Origin: Caldilineales bacterium
GTDB lineage: Bacteria > Chloroflexota > Anaerolineae > J102
Length of the DNA: 64,000 bases
Direction: 5' to 3'
Assembly: GCA_037443945.1 (NCBI GenBank)
Contig: JBBINH010000002.1
Coordinates: forward strand, 33,644-97,643
This document shows, piece by piece, positions 58,490 to 64,000 of the stretch (position 1 is the first letter of the stretch; each line of letters opens with the position of its first letter). The translations under genes were made by a program, and so were the position numbers. The notes under the pieces were generated by a model. The model was not told where the DNA came from and searched no databases. It saw only the letters and a program-made list of their open reading frames with translations.

Positions 58490-59536
58490 ATGGTGTCGGC
58501 CGCCATGCCCCCGGATACGTTCTCTCCACACCTGCGGGTGAGTGTAATCATCCCCGCCTACAATGCTGCGCGTGACTTGCCACGCTGTCTGGCCGCCCTG
58601 GAACAGCAAACCATCCCCCGTGATGAATACGAAATCATCGTGGTCGATGACGGGAGCACCGACAATACCGCTGCCGTGGCCGAGGCAGCCGGGGTACGCG
58701 TGGTGCGCCTGAACCATAGCGGGCCGGCGGCCGCCCGCAATGCCGGTGTGAGCGTGGCGCGTGCGCCCATTGTCGTCTTTACCGACGCCGACTGTGAGCC
58801 CTTAGGCGATTTTCTCGAACATTTATTGGAGGGCTTCGCCGCTCCCATTGTCAGTGGGGTACGCGGGGTTTACCGCACGCAACAGCGTGAACTGATAGCC
58901 CGTTTTGTCCAGCTCGAATACGAAGAGCGCTATCACCGGATTGCCCATATCGAGGCCACCCAAGGCACGATCAACGCCATGGATACTTCCTATTGCGCCT
59001 ATCGTCGCCAGGTCTTCTTGGAGGCGGGTGGATTCGATACGCGTTTTCGCGGAGCCGCGGGCGAGGATCATGAGTTTTCCTACCGTTTGGCAGCGGCCGG
59101 CCATGTCTTCCGCTTGAACCGGCAAGCGGCGGTTTATCATCGCCATGTGACCACCTGGCGCGGATACGCCCGGCGCAAGTTCCGTATCGGGTATTGGAAA
59201 GCGTTTTTGACCCGGCAACATCCCGGCTATGCCGTGGCCGATGCCCACACCACGCAAAGTCTCAAACTGCAGATCGGCCTTGTGGCCCTAATGGGAGCCA
59301 CCCTGCTCGTGGGGCCTTTCTGGCCGCCGGTCGGCTGGATAGCCCTGGCGCTGGCGACGCTCTTTGTATTCAGTACCATCCCTTTTCTGGTTCTCGTCGC
59401 CCGTCGCGACCCTGTCGTGTTGGTCGTCGTCTGGCCGTTATTGCTGGTGCGCGCCCTGGCCTCAGGAGCCGGTTTTGCCTGGGGACTTTGGCAGACCCGC
59501 CGCCTTCCGGCCGTAGCCCAGGTTCCCCTGACCTGA
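58490..59536 (+). CDS. glycosyltransferase family 2 with C-terminal membrane helices
   Basis: 'VSVIIPAYNAARDL', 'IIVVDDGSTDNT' and 'DADC' are present. Two C-terminal TM helices are present. Confidence 0.85.
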   Translation: MVSAAMPPDTFSPHLRVSVIIPAYNAARDLPRCLAALEQQTIPRDEYEIIVVDDGSTDNTAAVAEAAGVRVVRLNHSGPAAARNAGVSVARAPIVVFTDADCEPLGDFLEHLLEGFAAPIVSGVRGVYRTQQRELIARFVQLEYEERYHRIAHIEATQGTINAMDTSYCAYRRQVFLEAGGFDTRFRGAAGEDHEFSYRLAAAGHVFRLNRQAAVYHRHVTTWRGYARRKFRIGYWKAFLTRQHPGYAVADAHTTQSLKLQIGLVALMGATLLVGPFWPPVGWIALALATLFVFSTIPFLVLVARRDPVVLVVVWPLLLVRALASGAGFAWGLWQTRRLPAVAQVPLT

Positions 59537-59912
59537 TTTGGCCGTCTTATGTGGCTGTATTAGGATTAGAGCTGGCAATCATCGGCGACCGGGGCAGCCT
59601 TTACCGAGTACGTCCCCTTTCTATGCGGATGGGCTGCTTTCGGCCAACGCGAACGCCTCCGAGTCTGTTGAAGATGTAGCGACCGTATAAGACGGGCCTT
59701 TGTCGGCCTGCCTTCGGGTGAGTTTTTGAGATCGCCTCGATCTGTCTTGGGTATCGTGGTTATGCCCTCGCAAGCGGCAGAGACCTCGTTGTAGCGATTC
59801 GCTCCGGGTTTCTGCCTCTCATAACGTCCCTTGCTGTGAGTGTTGAGAGGCTCACAGGGGCGGAGCTTGGGCAAAAAAGGTAACATTATCCGTTACATTT
59901 TTGGCAACAATT

Positions 59913-60803
59913 ATGCAAAAAACTCTAATTCGTCCTGTCTCGTCGCCTGGCATTGATAATACAACCGTTGCGATCGGAAAAATCGTCATTGAACCGCCAC
60001 GTGGTCTACCGCACATCAATTGGCGAGAATTGCTGGCCTATCGGGACTTGTTCTATTTCATGGTGCGTCGGGATATTCAGGTCCTCTATCGGCAAACGGT
60101 GTTGGGATTGGCCTGGGCGTTTTTGCGACCCTTTATCAGTATGATTCTCTTTACATTCATTTTCGGTCGTGTGGCCAGGTTAAACAGCGATGGCGTTCCC
60201 TATCCCCTTTTCAGCTACACAGCCCTTGTGCCTTGGACTTACTTTGCTACGGTCGTCCAGACGGCGACAACCAGCTTGATCACCAACAGCAACATGCTGA
60301 CCAAGGTCTACTTTCCTCGCCTGGTCTTCCCGTTGACACCGGTATTCTCGAAATTGCCCGATTTTCTGCTTGCCCTCGGCTTGTTGCCTGTTTTCATGGT
60401 TGTTTATCGGGTATGGCCGACCCCTTATGTACTCGTCCTACCCGCTCTGGTCGTCATCATGGCAGCATCGGCGGCCGGATTGGGAATGTGGCTGGCTGCG
60501 CTGGCCGTGCAGTATCGCGATGTCAATCATGCTTCCCAATTTCTTATCCAGATCCTGATGTTTGCGGCACCGGTCGTGTGGCCGGTCTCACTCATGACGG
60601 CCCACTTCGGCGAAACGGCGCGGTTGCTTTACGGCCTCTATCCCATGGTGGCCGTGATCGAGGGCTTTCGCGCGGCTCTCCTGGGTACGGTGCCCATGCC
60701 CTGGGATTTGATCGGAATCGGCGCCGTCTCGGCAAGTTTACTCCTCGTTTCCGGCGCCTACTATTTTCGTCACATGGAACGGCGCTTCGCCGATGTGGCC
60801 TGA
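59913..60803 (+). CDS. wzm: ABC-2 type polysaccharide/O-antigen export permease (Wzm/TagG/KpsM family)
   Basis: Six TM helices, and the N-terminal 'ELLAYRDLFYFMVRRDIQVLYRQTVLGLAWAFLRP' ABC-2 signature, are present. The track ORF begins at an alternative TTG (59901). I place the start at ATG 59913. Confidence 0.85.
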   Translation: MQKTLIRPVSSPGIDNTTVAIGKIVIEPPRGLPHINWRELLAYRDLFYFMVRRDIQVLYRQTVLGLAWAFLRPFISMILFTFIFGRVARLNSDGVPYPLFSYTALVPWTYFATVVQTATTSLITNSNMLTKVYFPRLVFPLTPVFSKLPDFLLALGLLPVFMVVYRVWPTPYVLVLPALVVIMAASAAGLGMWLAALAVQYRDVNHASQFLIQILMFAAPVVWPVSLMTAHFGETARLLYGLYPMVAVIEGFRAALLGTVPMPWDLIGIGAVSASLLLVSGAYYFRHMERRFADVA

Positions 60804-60821
60804 AACCGATCCGAACAGCTC

Positions 60822-62108
60822 ATGAGCCGTATAGCCATCGAAGTCGAAAACCTGAGCAAGCGTTATCGCATCGGGTTGACCCAAGAAGAGGAACAGGACA
60901 CCCTGGGTGGTGCTCTGCTTTCCTGGCTCAAGGCGCCGATCACGAACTTTCGGCGCCTACAACGGCTGAGTCGATTCGATGACGGCGAGGAAGCCGATGT
61001 CATTTGGGCGCTGCGGGATGTCAGTTTTCAGGTCGCCGAAGGCGAGGCCGTGGGGATTATCGGTCGTAACGGCGCCGGCAAGAGTACCTTGCTCAAAATT
61101 CTGACCCGTATTACCCCACCTACGACCGGTCGCGCCGTCCTAGACGGCCGGGTCGCGAGCCTGCTCGAAGTCGGCACCGGTTTTCATCCCGAACTGACCG
61201 GACGCGAGAATGTCTATCTGAACGGCACCGTTCTCGGCATGACCGCGCGTGAGATCGAGCGCAAATTCGACGAAATCGTCGAATTCTCCGGCGTGGCCAA
61301 ATTTATCGATACGCCGGTCAAACGTTATTCGAGCGGGATGCGGGTGCGTCTGGCCTTTGCTGTGGCTGCCCATCTCGACCCCGAGATCCTGCTTATCGAC
61401 GAGGTGTTGGCCGTGGGCGATGCCCGGTTTCAGCGCAAATGCCTGGGCAAGATGAACGAGATCGCCAATGAGGGCCGCACGGTCCTCTTCGTCAGCCATA
61501 ATCTACCTTCCATCGAGGCCTTGTGTGCACGGGCCTTCGTTTTGGACGAAGGACGACTTGTTTTCAGCGGTGATGCTCGCGAAGCGGTCAGCTTTTATCT
61601 CAACCGCCAAGTCTTCGGTCTGACCAGCGGTGTGGATTTGCGCCATCACCCTCATCGTCTTGCGGGCGATCGTGAGCCTATTTTCACCTCCTTGCGGCTT
61701 TTGAATGCCGATGGTTTGGAGACAAGCTCCTTCGCCATCGGCGAACCTATCACCTTTGAGCTACGGTTGGATTTGGGCGAAGCGGAGCTGGATACACCCC
61801 TGATTACCATTGCCATCGAAAAGCGCGGGATTCCCATTTGCGCTCTGACAACTCGCTTCATGGTGGCACAGCGTTTTACGCTGACCGGTCAGGCTATGGC
61901 CCGTTGTACCTGGCGTCCGGGCTGGTTGACACCGGGCGAATACACCGTCAGCCGTGTAACCCTCAAAGCCGGAGCTTCGGCCGAACGCCTCGACCATATC
62001 GAAGAGGTCCTGGCTTTTGAAATTGTAGAACGGGATGTCTACGGCACCGGCAAAATTGCCCGCAAGGATACCCTGCTCGTTCCCAACGGCACATGGCAAT
62101 TCTTCTGA
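60822..62108 (+). CDS. wzt: polysaccharide export ABC transporter ATP-binding protein with C-terminal carbohydrate-binding domain (Wzt-like)
   Basis: Walker A (GRNGAGKST), the signature YSSGMRVRLAFA and Walker B (LLIDEVLAVGD) are present. There is an extra ~170-aa C-terminal beta-domain, as in Wzt. Confidence 0.9.
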   Translation: MSRIAIEVENLSKRYRIGLTQEEEQDTLGGALLSWLKAPITNFRRLQRLSRFDDGEEADVIWALRDVSFQVAEGEAVGIIGRNGAGKSTLLKILTRITPPTTGRAVLDGRVASLLEVGTGFHPELTGRENVYLNGTVLGMTAREIERKFDEIVEFSGVAKFIDTPVKRYSSGMRVRLAFAVAAHLDPEILLIDEVLAVGDARFQRKCLGKMNEIANEGRTVLFVSHNLPSIEALCARAFVLDEGRLVFSGDAREAVSFYLNRQVFGLTSGVDLRHHPHRLAGDREPIFTSLRLLNADGLETSSFAIGEPITFELRLDLGEAELDTPLITIAIEKRGIPICALTTRFMVAQRFTLTGQAMARCTWRPGWLTPGEYTVSRVTLKAGASAERLDHIEEVLAFEIVERDVYGTGKIARKDTLLVPNGTWQFF

Positions 62109-64000
62109 GCCGCTTCTCGGTGCTCGTCGCCCTTCTCTTCGTGGTGATCGGTCTGACGTCCGCCATGAAAACGACCCGGGCTGCCTCGTCGGCGCCTCTC
62201 CTGAGCGGCCCTTTTCTCATTCTGGATACGGGCCTGATCGACACCGCCCGCTCGCGCAACCTGCGTTGGGCTGCTCACGCGCCGGATGTGGTCGAACGCG
62301 TGCTCGGTCCCGACCGACCCTGGGAGGCTATGGGCTATCACTACTGGAGCCAGGTGATGGAGACAGAGGAGGGCTATCGGCTCTACTATCGGCGCCTGCC
62401 GGTAGACGAGACCGACACGGCCGGCCAATATTGCCTGGCCGTATCGACGGATGGCATCCATTGGGAGAAGCCGGCGCTGGGCCTTAGCTTTTACCAGGGG
62501 CTGGATACGAACTGCACCGAACATGGTTTTCAGTTCGTTTTCGTCGATCCGAATGCCGATCCGGCGCAACGTTACAAAAAATTCGGCTTCCTGGACGATG
62601 AATCCTTCGGCCTGGTCAGCGTCAGCCCGGATGGCCTGCGCTTCTACCCCTATCCTCGGCGCCTACTGCCCTTTTTTGCCGATTCGCAGAATGTTGTCCT
62701 TTGGGATGACGAGCGCGCACGGTATCGGTTCTATCTGCGCGGCCGCAATGAGGATGGTCGCACGGTCGTCTATGCCGAGACAAGCACTCTCGAACAGCCG
62801 CTTCCCTATGAGTCTGTTGTTCGCCAACCGCACACCGGTTCTCGCAGCTATCCCCATATCCGGCAGGAATTACCCGCTGTCCTGGCAGCCGACGAGGCCG
62901 ATTGGGCGGGTTGGCAGGATCCTCGTCCGGGGATGGTTGACATCTACCATAGTGCAGCGTTCAAATACCCCTGGGCGCAGGGGGTCTATCTGGCTTTTCC
63001 CAACATTTACTATCACTACTCGTCACGGACCACCCCACAGGCGCTCAACACCAACGACGGCGAGTTCGAGGTGCAACTGGCCGTTAGCCGGGATGGTCAG
63101 ACCTGGACTCGCTATCGGACGCCCTATGTCGCCCGTGGTGTCCTTGATGGCACCCGCATGTACATAATAAGCATGGGACAAGGGTTACTGCGGCGGGGGA
63201 ATCGCCTCTATCAGTATGTCATCGCTCTCCCTCGCACCCATGGCTTCGGAGCCGAATTCGACGGCGAATGGCGCTGGATTTTTCGGGATCAGGAGACCCG
63301 CATGCGTTGGATGACCGGCGAACGCGGCGGCATCTATCGGACCGAGATCGGTCTCCATCGCTTTGTCTCGTTACAGGCCGGAACGGACGAGAGCATTGTG
63401 ACAACGCTGCCCTTCCGCTATCTCGGTAACCGGCTCTTGCTTAATCTGCGCACGGCCGGCAACGGCTTCGTGTGTGTGGGGCTATTAGATGAAAGAGGAC
63501 GCAGTTTGCCCGGCCGTAGCCTGGCCGATTGCGATCCGCTACAGGGGGACGGTTACGAGCTGACGGCAACCTGGCATGGTGAGGCCGACATCGGCGCCTG
63601 GAGCGGGATGCCCGTGCGCTTGCAATTTCGCCTGCAACAGGCGGACCTCTTTGCCTTCGAATTCGGCGGTGATGCCTACAGTACACAACCGTTGGTCGTG
63701 CAATGGCGCGAGGCGTTCACCCAGGATTACGGCCGGCTGACCGCAGTGCGCGGTCGCGATGCCTGGCAGGTGCAGAACGGCTATCTCGTCGGTCCTTTTG
63801 ACCGTAACGGCATGGTCAATGAACGGACACGACGGCTCGATCGCCGCGTCACAGAGCGGGATGCTTTTGCCCTTCAATTCGACTTCCGTCTGGAGGCCGG
63901 CCAACGCGAGCTTGATGCGGCTGCCCTCATCGGCTTGATGGGCGATGGCGGTCTGGCCCGCAATCCCTTGCTGGCCTTTTGGCTCGACAACGGTGGACGG
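62093..64000 (+). CDS. secreted BNR-repeat beta-propeller protein (sialidase/glycoside-hydrolase-like); 3' end beyond window
   Basis: An open frame-2 ORF runs from ATG 62093 (overlapping the wzt stop) to the window end (>635 aa). Signal peptide MAILLSRFSVLVALLFVVIGLTSA. BNR-like motifs are present (STDGIHW, SRDGQTW, and SPDGLRF is BNR-related). It is not in the ORF track because it has no stop in the window. Confidence 0.6.
   Translation, partial: MAILLSRFSVLVALLFVVIGLTSAMKTTRAASSAPLLSGPFLILDTGLIDTARSRNLRWAAHAPDVVERVLGPDRPWEAMGYHYWSQVMETEEGYRLYYRRLPVDETDTAGQYCLAVSTDGIHWEKPALGLSFYQGLDTNCTEHGFQFVFVDPNADPAQRYKKFGFLDDESFGLVSVSPDGLRFYPYPRRLLPFFADSQNVVLWDDERARYRFYLRGRNEDGRTVVYAETSTLEQPLPYESVVRQPHTGSRSYPHIRQELPAVLAADEADWAGWQDPRPGMVDIYHSAAFKYPWAQGVYLAFPNIYYHYSSRTTPQALNTNDGEFEVQLAVSRDGQTWTRYRTPYVARGVLDGTRMYIISMGQGLLRRGNRLYQYVIALPRTHGFGAEFDGEWRWIFRDQETRMRWMTGERGGIYRTEIGLHRFVSLQAGTDESIVTTLPFRYLGNRLLLNLRTAGNGFVCVGLLDERGRSLPGRSLADCDPLQGDGYELTATWHGEADIGAWSGMPVRLQFRLQQADLFAFEFGGDAYSTQPLVVQWREAFTQDYGRLTAVRGRDAWQVQNGYLVGPFDRNGMVNERTRRLDRRVTERDAFALQFDFRLEAGQRELDAAALIGLMGDGGLARNPLLAFWLDNGGR

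Noticed and set aside
62035-62487. 150-aa frame-1 ORF overlapping the wzt end
   Set aside because: Low-complexity Arg/Gly/Pro product. The real gene is the frame-2 ORF from 62093 that stays open to the window end and contains BNR motifs.

Overview
The window is high-GC (about 65%) bacterial chromosomal DNA. Its gene content and weak Shine-Dalgarno usage look Chloroflexota-like, but that is an inference. I could support about 50 protein-coding genes.

- **Housekeeping genes:** recJ, ftsH, fmt, prfB, ftsY, rel/spoT, rsmD, murE, polA, a DEAD-box helicase, malQ and a phosphoglucomutase.
- **prfB:** it carries the classic programmed +1 frameshift site (CUU UGA C), which the ORF track had split.
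- **Accessory region at about 33.2-44.9 kb:** two paralogous secreted TIM-barrel (GH42-like) proteins with Thr/Pro-rich linkers sit here. One of them is a 1658-aa giant with a YVTN beta-propeller and tandem C-terminal repeats. Alongside them are a PPC/DNRLRE-like secreted protein, a PglC-like monotopic phosphoglycosyltransferase, a SAM methyltransferase and a polytopic membrane protein. I read this as a candidate surface-glycoprotein or protein O-glycosylation locus.
- **Polysaccharide locus at 54.7-64 kb:** a Wzx-type flippase, GT2/GT4/GT2 glycosyltransferases and a Wzm/Wzt ABC exporter, followed by a secreted BNR beta-propeller gene that runs off the window edge.
- **Shared C-terminal motif:** a subtilase and one of the TIM-barrel proteins both end in YLPLLRR, a possible sorting signal.
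- **Low-GC island:** it holds a 91-aa basic protein gene with a textbook promoter, Shine-Dalgarno and terminator.
- **ABC operon leader:** a roughly 340-nt leader ends in an intrinsic terminator 16 nt before the start codon of an NMT1/THI5-type ABC transporter operon. This is a riboswitch or attenuator candidate.
- **Other items:** a DUF5666 tandem-repeat secretory protein and a sugar-1-phosphate nucleotidyltransferase/phosphohexomutase fusion with a non-canonical active-site loop.

I found no tRNA or rRNA genes, CRISPR arrays or transposases. Thr/Pro-linker coding microsatellite-like repeats are frequent in the secreted-protein genes.
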